From the human T2T-CHM13v2.0 reference genome, Homo sapiens, in assembly GCF_009914755.1 (NCBI RefSeq), contig NC_060926.1: a stretch of DNA of 64,000 nt, one strand, 5' to 3'. Position numbers and translations under genes: made by a program. The notes beneath the pieces were generated by a model. The model worked only from the letters and a program-made list of their open reading frames with translations. It did no database searches and was not told where the DNA came from. The number at the start of each line of letters is the position of its first letter. The stretch's first letter is position 1. Of the stretch, positions 1-14,149 are shown in pieces.

Positions 1-344
1 ACTGAAGAACAGTGGGCGTCTTCGTGGCTGGCTCATCCCAATCACTTCTATTGACAAGCAGGCTCTATTGCACCTGGGAGAGGTGGCTCTATCTGTTTCT
101 CTGATAGAGAAATAGTTCTTCAACTGGCAAGTAATTCTTTAACTTTGACTCAGTTTCCTCATTATTCAACTTCTCAGAGCAATTGCGCCTTCAAATGTCA
201 TGTGGGAAATTGCAGTGAAAATAAAATCTCTCGTTCTTACTATTGGTCTCTAAAGTGCTGTTAATCACTCCTTCTAAGCCAGGAAAGCTTAGGGAATGGT
301 GGCCTTGATCAGAATCAAGTTAGCTGCTCCTGTAACAACGCTGG

Positions 345-671
345 TTTTTTTTTTTTTGTTGTTGTTGTTGTTTGTTTGTTTGTTTTTGAGATGGAATCTC
401 CTGCTATCATCCAGACAGGAATGCAGTGGCATGATCTTGGCTTACTGCAACCTCCGCCTCCCGGGTTCAAGAGATTCTCCTACCTCAGCCTCCAGAATAG
501 CTGTGATTACAGGCACGTGCCACCACGCCTGGCTAATTTTTGATATTTTTAGTAGAGACGGGGTTTCACTATGTTGGCCAGGCTGGTCTTGAACTCCTGA
601 CCTCAGGTAATCAGCCCGCCTCGGCCTCCCAAATGTGCTGGGATTATAGGCGTGAGCCACCGCACGCAGCC
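345..671 (-). mobile_element. Alu SINE (AluS-like), tail decayed to (TTG)n/(TTTG)n
   Basis: Reverse-strand Alu dimer (tttgagatggaatctc...gtgagccaccgcacgcagcc) with T-rich tail at 345-388. Confidence 0.95.
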
Positions 672-1382
672 CAACCTTGGGTTCTAACGAGATCTTTCAG
701 GACCCTAAGAAGGGCCCTGACATCTAGTGTATCACCACCAAGACCAGGTAGATCAGAAGCAATTATGTGGATAAAGCTAAAACACAACCCAAAACAACAA
801 ACAAAAACAAAAACACACTACATTCCAAACAAAAAACAAAAACAAAAACCTTCATTTCTGCTAATTTTATCAGCTATCTTGAAAGAAACAATCTTTTTTC
901 CATTATTGTTATATCACTTGGGTTCTTTGCCTTGCTTATGTTCACATTTTTCTTAAAAATGAGCTCTCTGGCATCTTAATTTTAAGGACTAGTGGCCAAA
1001 GTAGAAGTTTTGGGAGGCCCCAGAGCAGAGCTATTTCCTTGTGTGAAGACCCACCTCCGGGGAAAGACTGCCCACACAGTGACCCAAACCCAGCCATAAT
1101 GAAATAGCCAGATGTCTGCAATGATCTCAGCCCATCCACAGGTTTAAATTGTTGCTTGAATGTGTTCGGGTTTGGTTGGCTGGGCTCGTCATGTGTTTCT
1201 TGTTCTACTCTAACTCTTACTTCATCTTGTTATTATAATAATCTTCCAAAGAGCATTGTACTTCCAAGAATCTAGGTTAGATCTCTGGCTCTGAGTGACT
1301 TGATCAACACGCAAGTTATGTTTGTTTGAAAATTGCAGAGTTAAGCTCTCTATGCTTGTTAGAGCTAATTGTACATGGATAC

Positions 1383-1679
1383 TTTTTTTTTTCTTTTTTT
1401 TTGAGACAGAGTCTTGCTCTGTTGCCCAGGCTGGAGTGCAGTGGCACGATCTCGGCTCACTGCAACCTCTGCCTCCTGGGTTCAAGCTCCCACCTCAGCC
1501 TCCCGATGGCTGGGACTACAGGTGCCACACCACCGTGCCCAGCTAATTTTTGTATTTTTCAGTAGAGACAGGGTTTCACCATGTTGGCCAGACTGGTCTC
1601 GAACTCCTGACCTCAGGTGATCCGCCCACCTCGGCCTCCAAAGTGCTGGGATTACAGGCATGAGCCACTGTGCCCGGCC
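1383..1679 (-). mobile_element. Alu SINE (AluSx/Sz-like) with TSD
   Basis: Full reverse Alu; TSD catggatacttttt at 1374-1387 and 1680-1693. Confidence 0.96.
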
Positions 1680-3024
1680 CATGGATACTTTTTGTGTGTG
1701 GTGCCTGAAGCCCCATGCTAGGCATGGGATGATATTTAAATCTTTTGATAGCATGATTACTGAAGATTTAAAAGTGATTAGAAAGACTGCCCATGACCAT
1801 CAGTTCATCGACAACACTGAAGGAAGCTTGCTTTCTTAAAGGCATAGAACCGTGTGGCAAGAACTCGCAACTACTGATGTTTAGAGATCTGCTGGAATGG
1901 GTAAACTGTCTCCCTTCCCAGAGCGGTGGATAATGTCATTTGTCTGCCTGTGGGTCTTTAATTATGGAGAGGCTGCTCAGTGCACCCCAATGGCCTTACT
2001 GCCTGCTCTTTCCAATTAATTTTGAAGTTATAACCCAAGTCAAGGGCTATTTCAGTGTGACCCTGAGGTTACTTTAGTTTCCCATTTGTATTTAAGTAAA
2101 TAACTGTGATCAGTAATTTCCCTCTGGAACTGTTAGAGTATGGCAATTACATGAAATTTGCTTGGCTGTTGCATGCATGCCTAGAGTTAGAAGTAAGTGC
2201 ATAAGGCACTTGGAATGATAATTTTTAAGATACGCATGAGCCCCTCAATAGTTCTGTGTTCTCTCTCTGGCTCATCAACAGTCCCATTGTCACTTTTAAC
2301 TGCATAGACTCAAGAAGATACTGTACATGGAGTGTATATTCTTTTAACCCACAGAGAAGAAATGGTTTCTATTTTCTCCCACTTAGTTGAAACCATATAT
2401 TTTCTCTGTGTACAAAAGCTAACACTTGGGCAATATTTTCTTGCTTGACTTTTTTTTTCTTTGCTGAAACAATATATTGATATTTCTAAAGTAAACTATG
2501 TTGTAGTTGGCTAGGAGACAGGCTGAATTTTGGAAATGAATTAAATAAAGTGTTATGTCTGAGTAACCACTTAGAAAAGTATTCACATTCTCAACAGCTC
2601 TTAAGGAAAGGCAATACATAATCAATAATGATGTACCGTTTGGTTCTTCTGAAAACCAAACCCTCCGTGTAGGGAATGCACTGATTTCTGAGAAATCAAT
2701 GGACATTAATTTTATAGAACCACAAGTCAAATTTATAACAAGTGGAGAGAAATAAAAATCTTGACACATCAACTTCCTAGAAATAGGATAAATGTTTGAT
2801 TATGCAGTCTGTTTTGTTATACCATAGAAATTCTAGAAGGTCCTGTGTTCTAGAATACAAATAGTGCTACAGAGTTTCATGACGACTAAATGATACACTG
2901 ATGTTATAAGGTCTAACAAGTTAAGAAATGATAAAATACGACAAAGTAGATAAAATAGGCAATAAAGTAGAAAGGTTCAAAATTTGCTAATAAAAAAGCT
3001 GTCAAATTTTCACTATGCAACTTA

Positions 3025-3160
3025 ATCACTATTAGACATTGACAAGTCCCTTAATATTCCTGAACTTCAGTTTTTTCATTTATAAAATAGAGATCCCAAT
3101 ACTTTACTCCAGTCACAAGGTTACTGGGAGGATGAATAAAATATTCATGATAGTGTATTA
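3025..3160 (+). mobile_element. MIR SINE fragment
   Basis: MIR core-like gacaagtcccttaat...cttcagttttttcatttataaaatagagat. Confidence 0.6.
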
Positions 3161-4031
3161 TAAATCATAATATGCAATGCAAATGCTTATATATTCTAAC
3201 AACATTTAATATGTGGCAAAGGTTCTTTAAGGATTGTAACCTTTGCTATCACTTTAAAGAGTTTACTGGAGTGCTGGTCTTGGAAGCTCACATTTTAAAT
3301 TTTCTTCATAGATATTTATGTCTATAATTTGCATCAATGGTCAACAGAAGAATTGTGACAAATAATCTAAATAGCTCAGCTTCTCATAAATGTGGATAAC
3401 AGATGTGGATAATAGCTTCTCATAGATATGGAGAAGAGCTAGTTCAATAAGCTTTTCTGCACATATATTCTTTTTGAAGAGAAATCAAAATAGAAAGCTA
3501 TTAAATGAGCAAATGTGCTAGATCTCCATGGGGCAAATGGAAAGACCAGTGAGCACAGTATAAAGAGGCTGATGGTGTCTTTCATGTCCTGGCATTACCT
3601 TGCTGTGTGACTTTTTCCAAATCTCTTCTGATTCCAGTTTCCTGTGGAGCCTGATGAAAACAGGGGACCACAACTACGGAGAGGCTATTTGGGAATAATT
3701 TACCAGGGAAGGAGTGAAGGGGAAAGAGTCAGCAAGGATATGGCCTAGGAAAAGTGGACCCTTGGCCTGATTCACTGGCACCTCTGGCATAAAACACTCA
3801 AGAGCACTTTCCCCTTGGAAGAGGGGAGGGCAGAAGAGACTGGAGAAGGGGCAGCTGTGAGCTCTTAGGAGGCAATAGCAAGCGATACTCACAGCTGGGG
3901 TGGCGTGCACAGGCCCAGTAAAGAGAATGGAGGTGGGGCACCAAATCACATCTATGACAAACAGGCCATACATTTTTTTGTGAAGAGCTTTCTAACAAAA
4001 AGACATGTAAATGTGCATTATGAACAAATGA

Positions 4032-5085
<1,054 letters not shown>

Positions 5086-5609
5086 TGAAACAAAGAAATA
5101 AACACTGTAAACCCCCCCCACCAAAAAAAAATCGGGTGGTAGGTTTACCTTCTTCATGCACATCCACCCTAATGGTAACTTTAGTAATAATATCACCTTG
5201 CCTTACAGGATAGACTCCAAGGAAAAGTCTACATTGCAAAAAAAATGCTAAGTTGATTTAAATGGCTTTCACAACTAAGATTCTCCTTTTTTTGTGTTCT
5301 CCCTTTTTTGCTTCTCCTTTTTGTGTTACCTTCCCATTCCCCATTTTCCATAAATATCAGGTTTGCTCTTTGACTGTCTAGGGCCAGCAGGATGAAAAGC
5401 TGTTATCAAAAACTAAGTATCGAGCATTTAATCATGTAAATTCCAGACCAAAATATGTAACCAATAGTTGATAAAAACTTAGAGTGGCCTTTCTCAAAGA
5501 GAGTCTTTCACTCTCCAAAAGATTTCCAGAAACAAAGATTTATGAAGCTAAATAATGTATGAGATATGCTGCACATTTCATTCCCATTGGGAGCTTCATC
5601 AGACACTTT

Positions 5610-5762
5610 GTAATTATTTAGTTTTTGGTTTACTGCTTATTGTCTGCCCGCCACTTGTTTGTGAGTACTGCAAGTGTGGGTGTCTGTCCTATTCATCATA
5701 TCACTAGCCAGGTCCAGAACCTGGCTCATCACATAACTCTCAATAATTATTTGTTAAAAAAA
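5610..5762 (+). mobile_element. L2 3' end fragment
   Basis: cctggctcatcacataactctcaataattatttgtt resembles the L2 terminus. Confidence 0.55.
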
Positions 5763-6008
5763 TTGTGTACATACTACAGTTTTGAAAATTTCTTGAGTAA
5801 AGAGTTCTGTTTGGTGTGTTGATCCAGAGTTTAATATGTTAATCCAGTGTTTCCCAAATGAATGTATGCACAAGAAATTCTCCTCTCCCCAAACACGCCC
5901 CCCTGCACACAGAGCACCCATCTGGAATATATTTGGGGAAATACTATCTTAGAGCCAGAAAAGACAGTTCAATAGAGGGTGGCATTTTGTGTTAGTCTAG
6001 ATGGTGAT

Positions 6009-6499
6009 TGTGTTGGTCATTCACCTTTTGCCCTTCCTCAAATCCATTCTCTACCCTCCTCTATCCTGACCTCCACAGGCTCCATCATCTGGGTTCCATT
6101 GCCCTCTCGTTTCCGGTTGGACTTGGCCAATGGGAAACAATGCAAGAGATGGAAGAGCAGGAAGACAGAGGTCAGAGTATGTCTTCCCTGCTCCCTTTGC
6201 TTGGAACTGCAGCCCTAGCGGTAGCTGCATCCCTCCCTGATGATCGTGCCTCCCCAGCAAACCCCCTTACTCTCTTTCGGCTCTCCCAGGATCCAATGAC
6301 ATGCATCTTCCCTCACTCTGTCAGGGCTTAGGTCTCAGGGTGGTAATGACTTGCCCTGGTACCATCCTTGGAATCCTCAGCTTTGCCTGTAGGTTTCCTT
6401 GATCACACCCAAGCCTCTGCAAAAATTTCTTTCATTACAGTCTCTTCAGAAACCCCATCAGAGCATGCCTTCTATTTTCTGTGGGTCCCAACTAACACA
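6009..6499 (+). mobile_element. Ancient ERVL-class solo LTR (LTR33-like)
   Basis: TG...CA ends; motif ccggttggacttggccaatggga; near-TSD gtgat (6004-6008)/gggat (6500-6504). Confidence 0.7.
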
Positions 6500-8031
6500 G
6501 GGATAGCTTCTTCAGTCTGAAATGAAATACCAAGAGGAAACTGAACATCTTCCTGGCAGAAACAGAGCTTCATATAGTGGTTTTGTTATTTTGATTAAAG
6601 TTTTATGAATTCTCAAAATCTCATCCACACCTCTACAAGTTAGTAAAGAAATAAACCCCAGAATCAGATATAATACTCTTATGAGTTATCCATCTTATTA
6701 GTTCACAGCTGGGAGGTAAACTATGTATGAGATAGTTTTAATCTATTCCTCACACAGATTTTGAGCTTTAAAGAAAATAGGAACTTATTCCACAGAGCCA
6801 TCAATCATCATTTTTAATATAGTTCAGGACACTGTGGGCACTCACTGCACGTTAATTCAATTCTTATATTCATTTAGATGATGGTCACAGCTGCTGAGAG
6901 TAGACGAAGTGGAGGCACATCCATTAGCTTCAGACAAAAGGATAACATTTGGCAGCACTGTGAACAAAGGCAAAGAGGAACACATTTGTGAAAAGAAGTG
7001 ACCAGTTCACAGGTGTAATGTTTAGCATTTTTTATGTGATAAGAAGCCTGAAATAATGTACTTAACGTTTTATTATTGTAAACTTGGCAATAATTAAGAT
7101 CTATCCAGTGGTGGTAGAATAATACCTAATATTACCTAGTAATACCTAAGAGCATATGCCCTATAAATAGGGGTGGTTTTTGTAACTGCGTGAAGTGTTG
7201 GTTTTCTAATGAGCTTTAGTAGGTTTATTTGCCTTGGAAATCAATGGAGATGGGACACTGAAAATCAAATGATGTCATAAAACAAAATTCCCTAAGAGGC
7301 ATGGAGAGAAAACTCCGCATTCTGATGATGGGAGTGTAGAAATCCATTGCCTTGCACAGGCCCCTAATGGATCCTATGAGCAGTAGGAGGGGGTTATGAC
7401 TAGAGAAGATGCAGACATAGGCCTGTCCCTGCAAGTTAGTTCCCTGAGCTGGTCAGTAATAACCTACTATAACCTCAAAGAGCCTCCAGCAGCATCAGTA
7501 TAAATACTTGACTGTCCATGGAGAGTTGGTCTTTTCCATCAAACATTTTGAGAGGAGTAAAGCCAATATAACCACTGCTTTTTTTTCTGAGCTCTTTTGC
7601 TCATTCCTCTATCCTTGATCTTAGTCCATTTCTTCTTGGCATAGTTTCTATCATCTTGGAAATTATTTTGCAGGATGAAACAGTTGCTTTTTAGTTGTGT
7701 GGGTCTTTGATAAGGGTTGTGTGTTTCCCTTCTGTGGAACTGGTTCATAGGATTGCAGGCTAAACCTGCTTAGGCAGCTAAACTTCTGATGAAAATAATG
7801 ATAACTCAGTTCTGTTTTTTTCTTATAATTATTTGTTTTAATAATCACTGCTCATATGCTTATCTTCTTCTCAAAGTATTATGTCCTTGAAAACCTGTCT
7901 ACAATCTCTGTCTTGTCCTAGGAGCTGACTCTTCCCAGGATGACTGAGAGTGGAAACAACCAGTCCCCCAGGGAAGGCCCAACCCTGACTTTTTATCTCC
8001 ACTGAAAAATGATATCAGAATACATAGGTGT

Positions 8032-8335
8032 GGCCAGGTGCTCATGTCTGTAATCCCAGCACTTTGGGAGGCTGAGGCGGGTGGATTGCTTCGAGCCCAG
8101 ACAACATGCTGAAACCCCATCTCTGCAAAAAATACAAAACTTAGCTGGGCGTGGTGGCCTGCACCTGTAGTCCCAGGTACGAGGTTGGGGTGGGGGTGGG
8201 AGGGTTGCTAAGGCAACGGGAGAATCACCTGAGCTTGGCGAAGTTGAGGCTGCAGTGAGCCCTGATCTCATCATGCTACTGCACTCCATCCTAGGCGACA
8301 AAGTGAGACCCTGTCTAAAAAAAAAAAAAAAAAAC
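8032..8335 (+). mobile_element. Diverged Alu (AluJ-like) with G-rich insertion
   Basis: ggccaggtg...tgtaatcccagcactttgggagg...gaccctgtct followed by A tail; non-Alu G-run at 8180-8205. Confidence 0.92.
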
Positions 8336-8829
8336 AACTGTATTTCTCTAAGTCTGAGTTATTCAGTCTAAATACCATGTGTAATATATACAGTCAAGGT
8401 TAAGTTTTATCCAGCCTGGTCCAGAACTGACCACAGCTACTTCTCATGAATGAGTTTAGGACCTAGGCTTGCACCACCACTCTTGCTTCATACTTTGAGG
8501 TTCCAGCCCCTTACCTCGCCAGTTTTTGCTGCTTCTCACGTAGGTAAGTTTTGAACCATTTAACGATGTATAGCCAGAACATTTCACAACCCTTATATTT
8601 CTAGTAATGGTATCTATCATTTACGTAAATCAATGGTTGGTTCTTTTAGTTTCCCCAGATCAAACCATCTAAGTGGATCCAAGTCTCCAACTCTTCCCTG
8701 GTGAAAGCAGCTGTGTTTATTCATTCCTAGTATCTCCATTAAGATGTCAAAGATTCTGTAGACAAGCTTCAGAGTATAAACCCAGGGTACTGCATTTAAT
8801 GTGCCAACCTAGCCCTTGAAAAAAATCCA

Positions 8830-9178
8830 GGTAGATCATGGCAAATTATGATTGACCACTGTAAGCTTAATCAAGTAGTAGCCTCAATCACAGCAGCTGT
8901 GCTGAATGCAGTGTCATATCAGTGTTGATATGTTCTAGAACATATCTACATAGCATCTCACACTTGGGAACTTGGTATGTGACTATTTATTTGGCATATA
9001 TACCCTTCAGGTTGCACCAGGAATTAGGATCAAAAGCAGCTTCCAGTCACCTGGGATGAACAGTCGTACTCAGTCAGAGCCTCACCCCAGGGTGATGTTT
9101 ACTGCTCTTTGACAGAATATAATCCAAAGGATCTTGGTTATCTTGACATTCCACAGAACATCATACTAATCCACTGCT
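8830..9178 (+). mobile_element. ERVL internal pol (reverse transcriptase) remnant
   Basis: Degenerate translation: KLNQVVASITAAV, DQKQLPVTWDEQSYSVRASPQG, LDIPQNIILIH, matching ERVL RT (KLNQVV...QFAFTW...LPQG...LDIPQNITLVH). Confidence 0.8.
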
Positions 9179-9369
9179 TCCTAGGCATTTTGGTGCCTCC
9201 TGCCAGAGGTCTAGCAGGCAGAGAAAGGAGTTCTTAAAGTCACTTGCTGACACTGACATTTTGAGGGGTTAGGGTGTCTGCTACAGCATGGGAGCTGGGA
9301 AGAGGCCATCTGACATATAAGAGGTTCCCCGGGGAAACTCTTAGTACTTCCCTACAATAAGACATCATG

Positions 9370-9635
9370 GAAGGACGCCCCTCCCATGCTCCTGGGACCT
9401 CAATATGCCCTTACATTTCCACAGCTTTCTATTGCAAGACCTGCAAGACTTTCTTCTGGCTGAGTGTTTTTTGTTCTTGCCAGGGGTGGGGTGGGGTGGT
9501 GGGGGGCTGAAATCATTCTTGGTCAATGCATGGGTCAGGCCAATATGCCAGGGAGCCCATGCTCCCCGAAGCAGCTCTCAACCTGTGCTAGATTGGAGTT
9601 AGTGGGCAAATACCCCAACTTCTTCTCCCTTGGAC
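9370..9635 (+). mobile_element. ERVL LTR fragment (LTR16-like)
   Basis: gcagctctcaacc...ggagttagtgggcaaataccccaacttcttctccct is typical of the LTR16 group; adjacent to the ERVL pol remnant. Confidence 0.5.
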
Positions 9636-9689
9636 TGGAACCAAATGGTGCTATGGAAAAGCAACTGCTACAGAAGGTTAGAATGGGAA

Positions 9690-10270
9690 TAATCACAATG
9701 ACTAGATAGGAAAGGCTTCACAGAAGAGGTGAAACTTTATCTTTTTTTAAAAAGACCAGATTTTGACAGGCAGCTAAGAGAAGGGAGTACATTAGATAAA
9801 AGGGAAGATACAGGCAAAGGTCTAGGACTATAATAGCTTTATTTTATACCAAGCAGAATAAACTAATATTTATTATTCTCCCTTCTATGTACCAAGCACT
9901 GTCTAGGTCATTAACCTACTTTTTTAGGGGGAAAGAAGAACAATTTTGAGTAGAGGAGCTTTCAAAATATATTAGAAATATGGCCAGCAAATTTGGATTC
10001 CAGCAACAAGAGTTTGAAGAATATTGGTGGGATTTGAATAGTGGAAGTGAAATATACAACCTCTTAGAGGTTAATTTGACAGCATGAGTAGCAAAGACTG
10101 GAGTAAAAAGATATTGGAGAGTGGAAAACTAATTGGGAGACCTTTGCAATAAACCAGATAAGTTATAACATGATGAGAGCCTCACTAGGACAAAGGCCAT
10201 GTGAGATGGATAAGAATGTTCAGACATGAGACTGTCAAAAATATGCAAAGGGAAGAGGGAGAAATTAAGG
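9690..10270 (-). mobile_element. L2 fragments
   Basis: ggaaaggcttcacagaagaggtgaaac and related purine-rich L2 antisense motifs. Confidence 0.5.
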
Positions 10271-12119
10271 ATGTCCTGCTTGGTGGTGGAGGGAGGGGTG
10301 GAGGGAGAGACATTAAATGACAGAGAAAGAATCAGTAGTCTGGAAGGTAGAAGAAATTATTAACTTACTTCTCCACACCTCTCTTCCTTTTGCTGTAAAC
10401 CTTTCCAGCTGGGAGCTTGTGAAACCTAATGCCAAAATCAGTGTTTGTGTACTGGATTCACCAGGGGAGAAAATGTTGAATCAGATTCTCAGCCTGCCTG
10501 AGCCTCCTACCTTTTGTATTCTTCATGTATCATAATATTTAATAAAAGGGAAACTGTAGTCTTTAATTCTCATTCCAATTTGCTGTCCTCGTGGAGAATC
10601 TTATTTTCACAACAGCAGGGATTGTACACATCCTAAATTTGGAATTTCTCGACTCTCATCAGGATAAGTCATATCTTTAATGGTTCTTAAGTATAGTGTT
10701 TGGGAATTTAATTATATTATGCAAAATTAGTAAACAGCTATTTCAAGACAGGGCTGATTAAAATGAATCTGCAAGGTATGGTATTTATTAGTATATTTTC
10801 AAAACTAAGTGATACAGTTTCCGAGCTCTTGAAGTTGAAAAATGAGTGGCGCCTACAAAACAATATAACGGGTATGATGGCTGGTGTTTAAGTTTCAGTG
10901 AAACAGTTGTTTTGACAATTTCCTATGGAACCGATTAGCTCCTTGAGGGGCTGGCTGAGATAGACACCTGCACTCTACCTTTTCCCCGCGTCACTTACAT
11001 AGCCCTGTGTGTGTTTCTCACCTATTCTGGACTTTTTGTTCCTTTTCACATCGTTAGATGTCTTGTCTGCTGAAAGAGATTCCCAGCACTATGAGGATGG
11101 CTATGGTCAAAGGACTGGGGCACTGTGGAGGAAAGATGATAACCACAAGTGCTAAAAATAAGACGGATCTTTCATCAGCAGGCTGATGGCTCAACTGTCT
11201 GCTGGTCCTTTGGCTAAAGACATGGGGATCACCCCTCTGTGATGAGGTCACTATGTGCTAAAGGAGGCCCTTGGCTACTGTGTGCCTTACAGAATTCCAT
11301 ACATTCCTCTCTTAAGTTTCTTTGTTTGTGAAAATAAGGTGCCAGGTGCAATATATTCTAAAATCCTTTTCTCATTCTCCCTCTGTTTGTATGTTGTCCC
11401 TATCTTTATGTTCTTTCCTGTTTTTAAGGGATTCTGAAGCAAAGTCACTTATATGCTTAATACCAGATCATGTATAGCCTATGAAATCTGCCTTGATCTC
11501 CAAGATTGATTTTTAACAGGATTCCACAGTCAGGCTGCTGTTCCAGAGACCAACTGGCTGAGATATCAGCTGGACCTGATTACAAACTTTTGGAGTCAGA
11601 TGATATCTCAAGATCATCACCAACAGTACTTTCTTTCTGTCTTTGGCCACCCTGAATATTACACGCAAACACTCATGTCACTTTGATCATATGTAGATCC
11701 TCTGGTATTCTGCTTTAGGGAAAGTAGTCGCTGTTAGCTCAGAACTCATTCATATTTAAAAATATGGATCCTCTGGATAGAAATTTAATTTAGAAGAAAT
11801 AATAGAGGACAAACTGAAAATCTGTGATTTTTTTTTTATGGACACCTTTTCCCCCTTGCATCTTAAATTCTAGTCTGTGACTAGCCTTTGTTTCTCCCTT
11901 GGCACTGAAGGGAATGACATCGTCTTAGGTTGTATCTCTCAGGGCCTCAGCTCTAGGAATTATTTCTGTATCTTGCAGAAACCATGGACACTTCTATTAT
12001 TTATGGTATATTTTCAATTGTGTGCCAGCTCCTCGGTTATTTTGGAATCAACACATTTTAACCTTGTTTCTGCTTCTTGTCATCCCTTTTCTTCTTTTAA
12101 TAAGGGACATACACTTCTT

Positions 12120-12626
12120 TTTTGGCAGTTCAACATGATTTTCCTTCAGGACCTACCTGCGTAGAGGGGCTGTCTAATTGCATTATCTCCCCTCCTCTGG
12201 TACCCAGCTCAGGTTGGCCAAAATACCCCATCTCGTTAGCCTGAACCCTGATTGGTTCAGGTGAGGGTATGTGACCTAAATCAAACCACTCCTAAAGCCT
12301 CTCTGGGATTTTTCTTGGAGGTTTTAGGAAAGTGGCCCTTTCTTATACTTCATCTGGAATTGCTAGCTGTAAAGAGACTAAAACTTAAGACTTGCAAGGA
12401 CCCATCTTTGCCACAACATGGGAGAATCTGCCTAAGAAAAAAGCCAGCACAAAGAATAACAAAGCCAGGAGAGAGGGGTGGGGAAGCTGCATGGAGTGCT
12501 TGAGATATTTGAGCCCCAGGCTTCTAGCTTTTCTAGGCCAATGGGCCAAAAAAATTCCCATTCCTGCATAAGCTAGTTAAGTTGGATTTCTGCCACAGCA
12601 TCTTAAGGGTTTCTGACAAAAATACA
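12120..12626 (+). mobile_element. MLT1-type MaLR LTR (old)
   Basis: ccatctttgccacaacatggggagaatctgcctaagaa...taagctagttaagttggatttctg...aataca terminus. Confidence 0.65.
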
Positions 12627-13196
12627 AACACAAAATGCCAGTTATAGTAAAAAATGTCACCTTAAACAAGAAAAGTTCTCACTAGCCTATAACCAGAAAT
12701 ATAATTCCACAGATATTAAGTAATGAATGAATGAGAGAGGCTAGATTCTTGTTATATCCAGAAGGTGGGGACATGAAACCAAAGTATCTCCAATTTCTAG
12801 TTTCTCCAGTCTAAGGCCCACCTCCCCAAACATTACTTCCTTTTCTAGAAGCAGCCTATTTCTGAGACAGTGAACAGTGGAAATGGCTTCTCCTGTGGAA
12901 GACGCCCACCCCATCCACAAGAACAAGGTGTTGCTCACTGGTCCCAGCAGGCTGATGGCTCAGCACATACTGGTTAATAATGCATTCAGCCTTTAACAAC
13001 ATCTTGTGTAGGACAGTGCCCGACCAGTCCAGTCCAGTTGAGTTGCTTTTGTTAGTGTCTCTCTTCCAGCAAGAGATGAAGATCACTCCTTAACCTATGA
13101 CATTCCTTAACTTATGGCACTTAATGCTGCCTAGTTAACACACCCCTTAACAGTGACTAGAATTCAGCTGAAAGTCTGGCTCTGCTGCTAAGCAGC

Positions 13197-13282
13197 TATT
13201 TGATTGGTGCAAAAGTAGCTATTGGGTTGACGCCATTACTTTTAATTTCAAAAACTGCAGTTACTTTTGTACCAACCTAATA
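13197..13282. mobile_element. MADE1 (Hsmar1-derived MITE)
   Basis: Palindromic ttggtgcaaaagta...ttacttttgtaccaacctaa, about 80 bp, flanked by TA. Confidence 0.85.
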
Positions 13283-13310
13283 AATCACATTTTAAGAGTA
13301 ACTCAGCCAC

Positions 13311-13342
13311 CAGAGTGAGACACTGTCTAAAAAAAAAGAAAA
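13311..13342 (+). mobile_element. Ultra-short Alu 3' stub (18 bp plus A tail) with 17-bp TSD
   Basis: cagagtgagacactgtct plus A tail; TSD aagagta(a/g)ctcagccac at 13294-13310 and 13343-13359. Confidence 0.85.
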
Positions 13343-14149
13343 AAGAGTAGCTCAGCCACTCTGAGTTTTGTTTTATTCAAATATAAAATGGGGCAAACAG
13401 AGTACTTACCTCACAGACATGTCAAAAGATGAACTGAGACACTAACTATCAGGTTCTTAGCCTAGTGCCTGACTTGTAATAAGTTCTCTACATAATATAA
13501 CTAGATAATGGTAGCCTCTGCTATTGACTTTCTACAGTCCTCATTGCCTCAGTGAGCTTCTATTTACAAAAGAATGTACCCAGGCCTTTTGAAGAACAAG
13601 AGACAATTGCAGGCAAAGTACAATATACCACCTACCTGATAAAATACTTGTGCCCTAACCCATAAAAAAGAGTGAGGAAAATTGTTTGCAAAGACATCCC
13701 TCTGCTTTAATTATTCTTAATGGTTCAGATTACCTGGAGCACTTAGCATCCTGACTAAAGTATGTATATTTAGCTCAATGAGGACTTCAAAGTTTTCCCA
13801 AACAAAACTTGGTAAGAACCTGATTTACTTATGTGAGAGCAAAGGTCCTCTTCTAATAGTTCTCCCAAATTGAGAAAACTGCCTTCCCCAAGATTAAAAC
13901 AATCTACTACCCTTTGAGAAACAGAACACTTTTTTTTGCAATCATTAAGACATTTTCTTTAACTTCTATCCATCCCAGTTTCAAAAGTCTTTGCTAGGGC
14001 ACTCTGTCCCGTGACATTTAAATCATTATCAGTTTAAATCACAATGATAAGCAATATGTTGTTGTTGTTGTTGTTGGAAGGATGGAGATAGTTGGATGGG
14101 TGAGCTTGTTTATTATCCACTGGCACAGCGGGAGGTACCAGATTTACAT

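Larger units (their letters stand above)
13160..13500 (+). mobile_element. MIR SINE interrupted by MADE1 and an Alu stub
   Basis: tctggctctgctgctaagcagct...ctctgagttttgttttattcaaatataaaatgggg...cttagcctagtgcctgac. Confidence 0.65.

Noticed and set aside
296-1754. Several 65-138 aa ORFs
   Set aside because: Typical Alu-derived translations.
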